Notes: generated from the sequence alone by a model not told the origin. Shown: positions 10,414-20,574, numbered from the stretch's first letter. The stretch: DNA of 64,000 nt from Candidatus Cloacimonadota bacterium (GCA_049903315.1 JBNGBT010000012.1:26556-90555); one strand, 5' to 3'. Program-made: numbers and translations.

Positions 10414-11517
10414 TTATTTCTTGATAGTACCTTCTCTATAAAAGGGTGGCTTGATTACTGTAGCAGGATACATTGTTCCACGTATCTCTATGTCGATCTG
10501 GGTGCCTGCTTTCATATAATCGCGATGCACATAACCGGTTCCAATGCCGACTCCCAAACTCGGTGACATTGTACCGCTGCGAACTTCCCCTATTTCTTTA
10601 CCATCTTTAATTATCTTATAATGTGGTCGAGGAATCCCTTTTTCGGTCATGATAAATGGGACAAGCTTTCTTTGTATCTTTTCCTGATTGACTTTTTCAA
10701 GAGCCGTTTTTCCAATAAAATCATCTTTTTCAAACTTCACAGCCCAACGAAGCCCTGCTTCCAGCGGATTGGTTCCTTTATCAATATCATTGCCATAGAG
10801 AGGATATTTCATTTCAAGCCGAAGGGTGTCGCGTGCTCCAAGTCCTATCGGCTCGATACCGAATTCTTTTCCCGCATCTTCGACTTTGTTCCACATTTCT
10901 TCAGCTCGAGCAAGGTTGGTGAAATATATCTCAAATCCGTCTTCACCTGTATAACCTGTTCGGGATACCAAAGCAGGCACACCATCAATTTCCGAATGTA
11001 TAAAATGATAATACTCAAGTGTTGACAAATCATCCTTCACAAGCTTCTGCATGACGGCTTCTGCACGAGGACCCTGCACTCCGATCAGTGCTGTATCATC
11101 ACTCACATTGATTAGCTCGACACCGTCAATAAGATTGCTTTTCAGCCATTCAAAATCTTTCTCAAGGTTTGACGCATTGACCACGAGATAATAAAAATCC
11201 ACATCTCTATACACCAGCAGATCATCGACAATTCCCCCATCAGGATAGCACATGTTGCTGTATTGCACCTGCCCGACAACAAGTCCTGCAACATCATTGA
11301 TTGTTGTATTCTGTAAAAATTCAAGGGCGTTTGTTCCTTTTACTATGAATTCCCCCATGTGACTGAGATCGAACATGCCGACTGATTCACGGACTTTTTT
11401 ATGCTCATGCACAATACCGTACTTGTACTGAATGGGCATTTCATATCCGGCGAATGGTAATATCTTTGCCCCTTTTTCTTTATGAATTGCGTAAAAAGGT
11501 GTCTTCTTAACCATCAT
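10414..11517 (-). CDS. gcvT: Glycine cleavage system aminomethyltransferase T
   Basis: FAGYEMPIQY, FDLSHMGE, SRTGYTGEDGFE, GLGARDTLRLE. Confidence 0.97.
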   Translation of the reverse strand: MMVKKTPFYAIHKEKGAKILPFAGYEMPIQYKYGIVHEHKKVRESVGMFDLSHMGEFIVKGTNALEFLQNTTINDVAGLVVGQVQYSNMCYPDGGIVDDLLVYRDVDFYYLVVNASNLEKDFEWLKSNLIDGVELINVSDDTALIGVQGPRAEAVMQKLVKDDLSTLEYYHFIHSEIDGVPALVSRTGYTGEDGFEIYFTNLARAEEMWNKVEDAGKEFGIEPIGLGARDTLRLEMKYPLYGNDIDKGTNPLEAGLRWAVKFEKDDFIGKTALEKVNQEKIQRKLVPFIMTEKGIPRPHYKIIKDGKEIGEVRSGTMSPSLGVGIGTGYVHRDYMKAGTQIDIEIRGTMYPATVIKPPFYREGTIKK

Positions 11518-11541
11518 TACTCCTTAAATTTAATATTTTTT

Positions 11542-11685
11542 ACCATGAAAAGCACGAAAAGATCCTTTAAGAGAGAACATTCTTTTAACTTTATTTTTAT
11601 TATTTTCGTGCCTGCCTTGACGTATCCGCCACCTGATTGTGCCAATGGTACAATAATAGGCGGAGAAGACTGGTGTTTCGTGGTT
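11542..11685. repeat. Nested inverted-repeat element upstream of gcvT
   Basis: ACCATGAAAAGCACGAAAA versus TTTTCGTG...TTTCGTGGT; inner TCCGCC/GGCGGA and ATTGTGCC-AAT-GGTACAAT. Confidence 0.6.
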
Positions 11686-11767
11686 TAGCATTTTTTCCTT
11701 ATATTTTATCAATATTTGGTTGTAAAAAATTTCATACTAATGTGGATTGTCAAATTTGTTGGAAAAC

Positions 11768-12760
11768 TCACTTGATGCGATTGGAATCTGCTTTTCTTTC
11801 TTCCTTCCGTACATACAAAGAAACATCTGCTTTTTTGATGATCTCGTCCGCAGTTTGGAATTCATTATATTCTGCAAAACCGAAAGTAATACCCATTGCA
11901 AATGTATGACGGTGATCCCCGAATACTGTCTGGGAAATCGTATTTTCAATCTTATACGCAATTGTTTGCGCACCTTCATCATCGGTTTCAGGTAGTAAAA
12001 GCATAAACTCATCCCCACCCCATCGTCCAACAAAATCCTGTTTACGGACTGTCTCCTTTATGGTTTCTGCAAGTTGTATGAGTGCTTTGTCCCCGAGATT
12101 ATGACCATAAGTGTCATTCACTCCTTTAAAATTATCAACATCTCCCATAAGGACGGAAAACGATATCTTGCTTCTTTCAAACTGGCATTTCAGATATTCA
12201 ATTTTCTCCACTAGAAATCGGCGGTTATATAGCTCTGTAACGGGATCTGTTTCTGTGAGATCAAGGAGTTTTTTATTAAGATTATCAAGTTTTTTATGAA
12301 GTTTAGAGTGCATATGATAGCGACTTAAAAACACAATTACCAGCGTGAAAATCAATATGAAAATCAGGATAATAAAATTTCTCTCATCCCTTGATTTCGC
12401 TATTTCTAGTTCGCGAAGATTCTTTTCTTTCCTCAGAAGTTCCAGTTCCTTCTCTTTCTGGGACTCTGTATAATGCCCCTCAAGTTCAGAAATACTTTCA
12501 GTTCTATCCTTGGAAAAGATCAACTCGTGCAGTGTAAGATATTCTTGAAAATAGGATGCTGCATTCTTATAATCACCCTGATTAGCATAGTATTCTGATA
12601 TCAGCTTGTACGCTTCCGATAATTCAGTATCGTTCTGGTTCTGCTGTGCGAGAGTAATCACCTGCAGAAGACTGTCCACCCTTGTATCTGCCTGTACGTA
12701 TAGAGAAAAACATAATAGCAAGAACAAAACTGAAAAAATTCTAACTCGCAATGATACCAT
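11768..12760 (-). CDS. Membrane-anchored diguanylate cyclase (TPR-like periplasmic part)
   Basis: Signal peptide, TM helix, TDPVTELYNRR, DVDNFK, RKQD I-site, GGDEF. Confidence 0.92.
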   Translation of the reverse strand: MVSLRVRIFSVLFLLLCFSLYVQADTRVDSLLQVITLAQQNQNDTELSEAYKLISEYYANQGDYKNAASYFQEYLTLHELIFSKDRTESISELEGHYTESQKEKELELLRKEKNLRELEIAKSRDERNFIILIFILIFTLVIVFLSRYHMHSKLHKKLDNLNKKLLDLTETDPVTELYNRRFLVEKIEYLKCQFERSKISFSVLMGDVDNFKGVNDTYGHNLGDKALIQLAETIKETVRKQDFVGRWGGDEFMLLLPETDDEGAQTIAYKIENTISQTVFGDHRHTFAMGITFGFAEYNEFQTADEIIKKADVSLYVRKEERKADSNRIK

Positions 12761-12763
12761 GTT

Positions 12764-14185
12764 TTAAACCTTATCCAGTTTTATCATATTGACCTCTGTG
12801 CTTGTTTGTAATGGAATGCCTGTAACGAAGACAATGATATTTTCTTTCTCGATAAGTTGTTGTTCAAGTGCGAATTCTTTTACTTTATGGAGTGTCGCGT
12901 CAGTCTCTCCCAAGTTTTCCAAATAATAACAACTCACCCCCCAGACCAGTTGGAGAAAATTCATGGTGCGTTCATTATCTGTGAATGCATAAATTGGCGT
13001 ATTTACCCGAAATTTTGAAAGATGCCGTGCGGTTCTACCGGTTTTTGTAATTGCGAAGATTGCAGCCGCATTTGTATCCTGTGCAATTGCACATGCTGCT
13101 TTGGATAGATCGATTGCAAACTGACTTGTACGGAAGGATGAGCTGAACAGCTCCGGATTGGGGATACACTCACGCTCAGATCTGGAGATGATCTTTTTCA
13201 TCATTGCTACTGCAATGTCCGGATGTCTTCCTATAGAAGTTTCAGCACTCAGCATAACTGCATCTGTACCATCAAATACCGCATTTGCTACATCACTGGC
13301 TTCCGCTCTGGTCGGAAGAGAATTTTCCACCATAGACTCAAGCATCTGGGTAGCCGTAATAACAGGGGTGCTCGCTTTTTTACACTTGGTAATTATTTGT
13401 TTTTGAAGAAGAGGGACTTCCTCTGTAGGCATCTCTACCCCAAGATCGCCGCGAGCGATCATGACCGCATCAGAATGAGAAACGATCTCATCGATATCTT
13501 CTATAGCTTCAGGTTTCTCAATCTTTGCGATGATCGGGTTGTGGGCATTCTTTTTTGACAGGATTTCTCTCAGCATATCTATATCATGAAAAGAGCGCAC
13601 AAAGGAAAGTGCGAAGAAATCAATGCCGTGCTGAAGTGCAAAATCAATATCCTTTATGTCCTTTTCGGTTATAGTCGGAGTGTTGATCCGAACACCCGGC
13701 AGGTTTATGCCTTTGTGGGATTTGATTGTGCCGCCATTTGTCACAACACACTCGACATCACTCCCGATTACGTCTTTTACTTCCAGCGAAATGTAGCCGT
13801 CATCAATGAGAATGATATCCCCTTTTTTCACGTCATGCGGAAGGTTTGCATACGAACTGCTGATCTTTTGACGGTTGCCCATAATATTCTCAGTGGTAAT
13901 TACGAGCATGTCGCCAGGTTCTACCAGAAACTCATTTTCAATATTCCCTATACGCAATTTGGGACCACTGAGGTCTGCAATGATAGGAATATTATATCCA
14001 AGTTTATCCGACACACTTTTTATATTCTTGATATGAATGAAATGTTCTTCATAAGTACCGTGCGTAAAATTCAAGCGCGCGATATTCATTCCGGCTTGGG
14101 CAAGCTTCAATACATGTTCTGCCGAGGAAGATGCAGGTCCGATTGTGCAGATTATTTTTGTTTTGGGTCTTATATTATATTTCAT
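12764..14185 (-). CDS. pyk: Pyruvate kinase
   Basis: TKIICTIGPAS, DLSGPKLR, IAKIEK, MIARGDLGVE, ATQMLESM, PTRAEASDV. Confidence 0.98.
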   Translation of the reverse strand: MKYNIRPKTKIICTIGPASSSAEHVLKLAQAGMNIARLNFTHGTYEEHFIHIKNIKSVSDKLGYNIPIIADLSGPKLRIGNIENEFLVEPGDMLVITTENIMGNRQKISSSYANLPHDVKKGDIILIDDGYISLEVKDVIGSDVECVVTNGGTIKSHKGINLPGVRINTPTITEKDIKDIDFALQHGIDFFALSFVRSFHDIDMLREILSKKNAHNPIIAKIEKPEAIEDIDEIVSHSDAVMIARGDLGVEMPTEEVPLLQKQIITKCKKASTPVITATQMLESMVENSLPTRAEASDVANAVFDGTDAVMLSAETSIGRHPDIAVAMMKKIISRSERECIPNPELFSSSFRTSQFAIDLSKAACAIAQDTNAAAIFAITKTGRTARHLSKFRVNTPIYAFTDNERTMNFLQLVWGVSCYYLENLGETDATLHKVKEFALEQQLIEKENIIVFVTGIPLQTSTEVNMIKLDKV

Positions 14186-16265
14186 TGACCTCCACTTCGA
14201 AATTCATGACACAATTTTTCCCGAGATTCTTTCCATTGTAAAGTGCATGATCTGCCTTCCTGATAAGATCAGTATAGCCCATATCATATCTGTATTCTGC
14301 CACGCCTATTGTGAGAGATGTATTCAAAGTATGGTGACTAAAGTAAAAAGAATTCTTATCAACCTTTGTCCGTATCTTCTCTCCAAGGATCATACCGCCT
14401 TTTATAGGAGTGTCCGGAAGGAGAAGTATTAATTCATCTCCACCCCAACGCCCGACAAAATCCTGTTTACGAATATTATCTTTGATAAGGGTTCCGAGAG
14501 AAATCAAAATGTGGTCACCGGCGTCATGTCCATATGTATCGTTTATTTTTTTGAAATTATCAATATCAGCGATAAGTACAGTAAACGGGCGTCCGTTACG
14601 CTCATAAGCGACCTGCTGATATTCGATCTTCTCAATGATATTTCTGCGATTGCTCAGCCTTGTGAGAGCATCTGTTTTTGAAAGAGCGTCGAGTTGCTGG
14701 TTGCGCTTCTTCAATTCAATATTTGCATGGTGTTTGTAGCGAGAACGATTTCGAATCGCTAATGCAAGAAGAATGACATTAATGATTACAGCTATCAGAA
14801 GCACACTTAACATTTTATACTTCTTGATCTTAAGCTTCCTGATGCCCTGTTCTTTCATCAGGAGACTGAGTTCTCTCTCTTTTTTCTCAATATTATATCT
14901 TGTTTGCAAACCGAGTATTTTATTTTCATTTTCTTTATCGTAGATGTTATTCCACAGGTCTGCATATTTGAGCATGTATACATAAGAACTCTCATATAAT
15001 CCGAGATTCTGTTCAACAGTAAAAAGTCCTCTATAAGCGTCAAGTACAAGCAGTTGATTGTCAGTAGTATGAGCTAATTCCTGGGCTTGTACATACTGCC
15101 TTTTTGCCTGCCCATATTCTCCCTTTTCTGCATACACATCCCCTATGTGCAGGAGAGATCGAACCTGTCCTGCTGTATAACCAAGCTCTAATGACAGGGC
15201 TTGGGCTTTATCGTGATATGATAGTGCAGTTTCAGGATTGCCGGTCTTTAAATACAGCACACCAATATTGTCCAGAGTTTCTGTAAGTCTTTCTTTCTCG
15301 TTTGATTTTTGTTCAAGTTCTTGAGCTTTCAAATAATACTCAAGAGCATTCTCAAAATCACCAAATTGACTTTGTATATCAGCAATATTATGAAGCACTT
15401 GATCCAGTTCCTTTACGGATCCGATCTTTTCCAGAAATCTATAGCTTCGTTTATAGTATATGAGAGCAATTTTTTTATCACCGATTTGATCACTCACCAA
15501 AGCAAGAATGGTCAACTCCCTTGCTGTATCTTTCCCATTATTCATATCCTGATATAACGAGAGTGCTTCCAGATGATAATCGAGAGATTTTTGATAATCG
15601 CCAAAAGAATAATACACATTCCCGAGATTGTATAAGATCCAGGCTGAGAATTTATTATCTTGTATTTGCACGGAATGTTCTTTTGCATGAAGGTAATCTT
15701 GTATTGCTTCAGGATACTCGCCGAGAAGTTCTCTTGTGATTGCAGCGTTGTTTAAGAAATGAACTCTTGCGCTGAGGTCATCAGAATCTTCGAGCAACGC
15801 CAATCCTTTTTCATAATTTACCAGTGCTTCTTGGTGCTCGCCAACGCAAAGGTAGCAATTCCCCATCGCAAATAAAATCCATACTTTCAACCCATCATTT
15901 TTATCACTCTTCTCCAGTGCCTGTGCAAGATATTTGATCGCATTCCCATACTCTTCCTGAGAATAATAGGAAAGAGCTTTTTTATACAAACTAAGGGCAT
16001 CCGTATTGTCAGTTTGAACTGATTGTGTCGGCTGAAAGATTCTTCGTGCCTGTGCAAGATTTTGTGAAGTGGTAAGTTCTATATCCTCTTCCAAAACAAG
16101 GTCATAGATATCACACTGCATTTCCGGCAATTGGTAAGTATGATCTTCTTCCAGCTCATTGCCGACGCTTGCCTGCAGAAAGATACTCTGCATCAGCAGC
16201 AGAAGTAAAATAGGGAATGCTTTATAAACTTTTAATGAATGGATGCTTTGTGTTTTGCGTTTCAT
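14175..16265 (-). CDS. TPR-repeat membrane diguanylate cyclase (GGDEL variant)
   Basis: Signal peptide, multiple TPRs, TM helix, DIDNFK, RKQD I-site, RWGGDEL. Confidence 0.9.
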   Translation of the reverse strand: MKRKTQSIHSLKVYKAFPILLLLLMQSIFLQASVGNELEEDHTYQLPEMQCDIYDLVLEEDIELTTSQNLAQARRIFQPTQSVQTDNTDALSLYKKALSYYSQEEYGNAIKYLAQALEKSDKNDGLKVWILFAMGNCYLCVGEHQEALVNYEKGLALLEDSDDLSARVHFLNNAAITRELLGEYPEAIQDYLHAKEHSVQIQDNKFSAWILYNLGNVYYSFGDYQKSLDYHLEALSLYQDMNNGKDTARELTILALVSDQIGDKKIALIYYKRSYRFLEKIGSVKELDQVLHNIADIQSQFGDFENALEYYLKAQELEQKSNEKERLTETLDNIGVLYLKTGNPETALSYHDKAQALSLELGYTAGQVRSLLHIGDVYAEKGEYGQAKRQYVQAQELAHTTDNQLLVLDAYRGLFTVEQNLGLYESSYVYMLKYADLWNNIYDKENENKILGLQTRYNIEKKERELSLLMKEQGIRKLKIKKYKMLSVLLIAVIINVILLALAIRNRSRYKHHANIELKKRNQQLDALSKTDALTRLSNRRNIIEKIEYQQVAYERNGRPFTVLIADIDNFKKINDTYGHDAGDHILISLGTLIKDNIRKQDFVGRWGGDELILLLPDTPIKGGMILGEKIRTKVDKNSFYFSHHTLNTSLTIGVAEYRYDMGYTDLIRKADHALYNGKNLGKNCVMNFEVEVNEI

Positions 16266-16468
16266 TTATTAACGTAATGCTCATAAGTCAGTATAAATGG
16301 GTAATAAGAATATCAAGGGAAGGAAACAATTGACCAGCATTTTCTTCATAGGCACTACTCCGAAAATAGTATTGATTATTTGGTGGATATGTGTGGGAAC
16401 TTTGTCAATATTTATGGAAATGTTGATGAACAGTCAAAGTTTTAAGTGTGGTGGTATTTCTTTAAATC

Positions 16469-16511
16469 AAACCGTTGCGAAGGTTTCCTGCGTCAACCGT
16501 TCGCAAGGTTT
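16469..16511. repeat. REP-like imperfect palindrome just downstream of the CTD gene
   Basis: AACCGTTGCGAAGGTT...AACCGTTCGCAAGGTT, near reverse complements. Confidence 0.55.
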
Positions 16512-16518
16512 AGGTATA

Positions 16519-18597
16519 TTATCGCAACTTCACGACCTTCCCGAAATGTTCTTCGTCATTATTAATTTTATAGAAATATACACCCGTGCCCACTTCGTTG
16601 CCATTAGCATCCTTTCCATCCCAAACTACTTCGAAAAAGCGAGAAAGCGAAGAAGCGAAGAAGCGCAATTTGCGAACTATTTGACCCTTTATATTATAGA
16701 TATTTATCTGTGATAATTCGTGTAAATTCTTGGTTAACGAAAATGATAACATTGTCGAGGTCGAGAAGGGATTTGGGTAAGCCGAAATGAAAAGATCGTT
16801 CTCTCCATGTTCTTGTCCTGGCTCATCAACATCGTAGGTTTCAGTCATGGGAATATCTATCTGCGTAAATTGACCGTCGATTACCTCAACATTATATTCT
16901 ATCACATCATCGTAAAATACCCGCTCTGCATACACATCATATGCTCCAGCAGGAAGCTTGTATTCAAAATTACCAATGCTGTCGGAAAATGTAAATTCCC
17001 CCGGATCATTATTGATTTTTATAAACAAATAATCAACTCTCTCTCCGCTTATAGGATTATAAGTATATCCCTGAATACCTCCAAACGATGGTGCACCATA
17101 TTCATAAGCTCCTATGTCGATAATTGCATTACCATCCCCGTTGCCGTCCCAGACTCTTGTATGATATTCAATATCAAAGGGATAGTAATAGCCAAGTGTG
17201 TCGAATCCTGCATCGATGGCAATACTGCCCTCGGTTAGATGAAAATCTCCGTTCTCAATATCCACAAAAATCTGCTGTGCCTGCAATGAATCCACAATAA
17301 TATTTCCACCTCCGTCTATCAGAGGATACTCTAATGGAAAATCTATGATGCAGTTGCGGAATATATCTTGCCCATGTGGACATGGGCACCAAATTAAATT
17401 TTCATTTTTTATTATTACGCAATTAGTTAATAAAGTATCACTATGATCATAAAAAAGATCCGTATTATTGCAAAATATATTATTTATATTATGAACCTTA
17501 GATCCTGTGAATGCATTATTAGCACTGTCGAAATTATAAAATATATTTTGGAAACACTCATAGTCTTTAAATATACTAAATTCACCGTCATTAACAATGT
17601 TATTATATACCAAACCACTAGAATGCCCACCTAAATAAACTTCACATCCTTCAAAATAATTATCAACAATTTCAATGTATGCATAATCTACATAAATACC
17701 GTCAGTCCCATCTATGAACCGATTATTCTTAACATAAATGGAATCATACTCACTCCCTCCTTTAATTCCTCTCAGACAATCTATAAAAATATTACCATAA
17801 AAATATGATCTATCACTCAAACTTCCCAAATAATGATCTGTATTGGTTATTGTATTATCAACGAAATGACTATTTTGGGAATGCATTATACAAGAAAAAA
17901 ATGTATTATCAGCTACTAAAGCAGTTTTAAAGTCTGCGGCATTTTTTCTAATATTAAGATCATCCACCCAAAGATTAATTAAAAAGTCGATCAGATTATT
18001 ATCAAACGTGAAGGTATTCCACAATATCTCAACATACTTCACATAAGAATGATAGGTCGCGATAGAAGCTCCATTATTTAAAAAGATGCAATTATGTATT
18101 ATCCCATTCCCATTGTATATCGAAAGAGCTGCTTGCGCTATATTACTCAAAGCCAGTCCTATCCCTGCAGAATATTCAAATCTGCAATGTGTGAAACGAC
18201 ATAACTCAGCTCCCTGTGTAATATATATTGTTCCCCAACAGTAATCAGGATTGTCCTGCAAGCGAGTAAAAACAATGCTGTCCTGCTCCGTGCCCTCTGC
18301 TATGATCCTGCCCTCTACCTGGATAAACTTAGCAACAGACACTCCTCCATATAACCAGAAATTTTGACTTTGCTCCATCCAACTGGTACATGAAGCTCCG
18401 CTTATTTTAATTTCTGTACCCGGCAATACGGTAAGCGTTACTCCTTCATCTATAATAAGCGTTTCCGTAACCTCATACGGTGAATTGCCGGGGGACCATG
18501 TCGTATTTTCAGTGATATGACCACCCACTTCTATGGCATAAGTCGAGGAAATGGAAAGAAAGATGAGGACGACACAAAGCACTATAATTTTTTTCAT
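16519..18597 (-). CDS. Secreted right-handed beta-helix protein with carboxypeptidase-regulatory-like domain and CTD
   Basis: Signal peptide; GHITENTTW...LTVLPGT; Asn-rich beta-helix; DFHLTEGSIAIDAG, DIGAYEY; YPNPF CTD. Confidence 0.75.
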   Translation of the reverse strand: MKKIIVLCVVLIFLSISSTYAIEVGGHITENTTWSPGNSPYEVTETLIIDEGVTLTVLPGTEIKISGASCTSWMEQSQNFWLYGGVSVAKFIQVEGRIIAEGTEQDSIVFTRLQDNPDYCWGTIYITQGAELCRFTHCRFEYSAGIGLALSNIAQAALSIYNGNGIIHNCIFLNNGASIATYHSYVKYVEILWNTFTFDNNLIDFLINLWVDDLNIRKNAADFKTALVADNTFFSCIMHSQNSHFVDNTITNTDHYLGSLSDRSYFYGNIFIDCLRGIKGGSEYDSIYVKNNRFIDGTDGIYVDYAYIEIVDNYFEGCEVYLGGHSSGLVYNNIVNDGEFSIFKDYECFQNIFYNFDSANNAFTGSKVHNINNIFCNNTDLFYDHSDTLLTNCVIIKNENLIWCPCPHGQDIFRNCIIDFPLEYPLIDGGGNIIVDSLQAQQIFVDIENGDFHLTEGSIAIDAGFDTLGYYYPFDIEYHTRVWDGNGDGNAIIDIGAYEYGAPSFGGIQGYTYNPISGERVDYLFIKINNDPGEFTFSDSIGNFEYKLPAGAYDVYAERVFYDDVIEYNVEVIDGQFTQIDIPMTETYDVDEPGQEHGENDLFISAYPNPFSTSTMLSFSLTKNLHELSQINIYNIKGQIVRKLRFFASSLSRFFEVVWDGKDANGNEVGTGVYFYKINNDEEHFGKVVKLR

Positions 18598-18606
18598 ATT
18601 CCTTCT

Positions 18607-20574
18607 TTACCTTAACTTAACTATCTTCCCGATATATTTATCGTTTCCTGCGAATTTATAAAAATATACACCAGTACCGACTTCGATGCTATACTCGTCG
18701 CATCCATCCCAAACAACTTCATACACTCCACTCGTTCCCAAGCCCCTGCTTGGGAATGCTGGTAGTTCTCTGACGAGTTGTCCTTTAACATTATAGATTT
18801 TTATCTCTGATGAATTGAGTGGTTTTGATTTTAATTCAAATAATATCGTAGTCGAATTGGAGAACGGATTAGGATAAACAGAGGATGTAACAGCAACAGG
18901 CATTTCAGAATCGATTGAAATCGAGTCTGTCGTCACTTCAATAATATTTGATGGAGGACTGAATCCCTGCTCATATACAGATTTTATATAATATTCATAG
19001 GTTGTATAGCTTTGCACTATTGAATCACAGTAGCTTGTATAAGGTGTCCGGGCAAGGAATGCATCATCTCTGAATATTGCGTAAGCATAATTTCGTTCAT
19101 TTGCTGGTTGCTCCCATGTAAGATTTACTCCATGAGAATCCACTAAAGCATTAAAATTTATGGGTGGATCAAATGAATATGGTGAATGATATATTCCCGA
19201 CCTTCTGAAATCATATTGATATGTTTTCCATTCAATCTGTAACGGATCATACGGTACATATAGATCGTAGGCATAAATCCATATTGAATCAATAAAGTTT
19301 GTTGAATAGTTTATCAAATCTAATATACCATCCTGATTTATATCACCAAAGACACCCGAATTCCTCATTGTACAACCCTTTGGTCTCAGTGGAAATCCGG
19401 GAATAGTGTCTCCATAACAAGTAAGCCCCTGAATGTATCCAAGGTTATTGCTTGCTTGGACAAGATTCGAATCAAAAATTAGTTCTTTTTCAGGTGTTGA
19501 ATCAATATTTCCTGCAATTATTGGACCAAGTATTTCACCAAAACTATAATAAGGTGAACCTGTGAATGGTTGTCCATCATTATGAAATACATACAAAAAA
19601 TTACCTATGCTATAAGGATCTTTTCTCCCGCATATAATATCTAAAGAACCATTATTATCCAAATCCGCTATAGTTATAGGGCAGTACAGGACGTATTCAA
19701 CGTTTTGTGGCCATCCAGTGAGTATAGATCCATCATATTTATAAACGATTATACCTGAAGGTGTCCGCCCTTGATCCAAGTGTCCTGACGCTGCTACAAT
19801 TATCTCTAAAAATCCATCTCCTGTTAAATCTACCACAACAGGTGAAGTGTTGAAATATTTTGATTCTCCTTCAAAAGGTTGCTGCGGCCAACCATTTATA
19901 ACTTCCCCATTTGTGTTCATTACATAGATCTCTGAATATCCCATACATACAATTTCTACCATTCCATCATTGTTAACATCTGCTATTGTTGGAGTACCAG
20001 CAACACCGGGTTCTACAGTAAATGGGAATCCATCATTAAAGTGTTCACCCTGCAGATTCACAACATATAAATTACTTTCATATATCGTGCTGTAATCACC
20101 CCAAACAATCTCTTTCAGTCCATCTTCATCAAGATCATAAGCTACAGGAGTCGTTATTTTATAACTATACCATGGTGTTTGATTTCCATAATATTTTGGC
20201 CATCCTTCAATATTGTTTCCATACCTATCTAAAATATATATCCAACCAGATCTTGTTGCTTGTAGTATCTCCAAATATCCATCATTATTTACGTCTGCAA
20301 AAGACATCGTACCACGTGCATCACGAGGTGTAAATATGCTCCACATCTTGTTTCCTTGATAATCAATTGCAAAAACAGAGTCTGATAGTGATACAACAAT
20401 CTCAAGATATTCATCATCGTTTAGATTTATCAATCCTACTCCGTCAGATTCGCAAGAGAGTGAAGGTATTGCTTTTGCAAAAGGAAATCCTGGAAGTTGG
20501 GTATAGTCTGCAGAAAGATCAATACTAATGAAAATGAAAATTATTAATAGATTACATATTATCTTTTTTATCAT
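18607..20574 (-). CDS. Secreted FG-GAP repeat protein with Fn3-like domain and CTD
   Basis: RBS AGAGG before ATG 20574; ADVNNDG repeats; PPINF...LTWEQP...YEYYIKSVY; YPNPF CTD. Confidence 0.8.
   Translation of the reverse strand: MIKKIICNLLIIFIFISIDLSADYTQLPGFPFAKAIPSLSCESDGVGLINLNDDEYLEIVVSLSDSVFAIDYQGNKMWSIFTPRDARGTMSFADVNNDGYLEILQATRSGWIYILDRYGNNIEGWPKYYGNQTPWYSYKITTPVAYDLDEDGLKEIVWGDYSTIYESNLYVVNLQGEHFNDGFPFTVEPGVAGTPTIADVNNDGMVEIVCMGYSEIYVMNTNGEVINGWPQQPFEGESKYFNTSPVVVDLTGDGFLEIIVAASGHLDQGRTPSGIIVYKYDGSILTGWPQNVEYVLYCPITIADLDNNGSLDIICGRKDPYSIGNFLYVFHNDGQPFTGSPYYSFGEILGPIIAGNIDSTPEKELIFDSNLVQASNNLGYIQGLTCYGDTIPGFPLRPKGCTMRNSGVFGDINQDGILDLINYSTNFIDSIWIYAYDLYVPYDPLQIEWKTYQYDFRRSGIYHSPYSFDPPINFNALVDSHGVNLTWEQPANERNYAYAIFRDDAFLARTPYTSYCDSIVQSYTTYEYYIKSVYEQGFSPPSNIIEVTTDSISIDSEMPVAVTSSVYPNPFSNSTTILFELKSKPLNSSEIKIYNVKGQLVRELPAFPSRGLGTSGVYEVVWDGCDEYSIEVGTGVYFYKFAGNDKYIGKIVKLR

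Noticed and set aside
11520..11760. Glycine riboswitch upstream of gcvT (also checked upstream of gcvH)
   Set aside because: The conserved glycine aptamer motifs were not found on the coding strand; the structure is better explained by nested repeats
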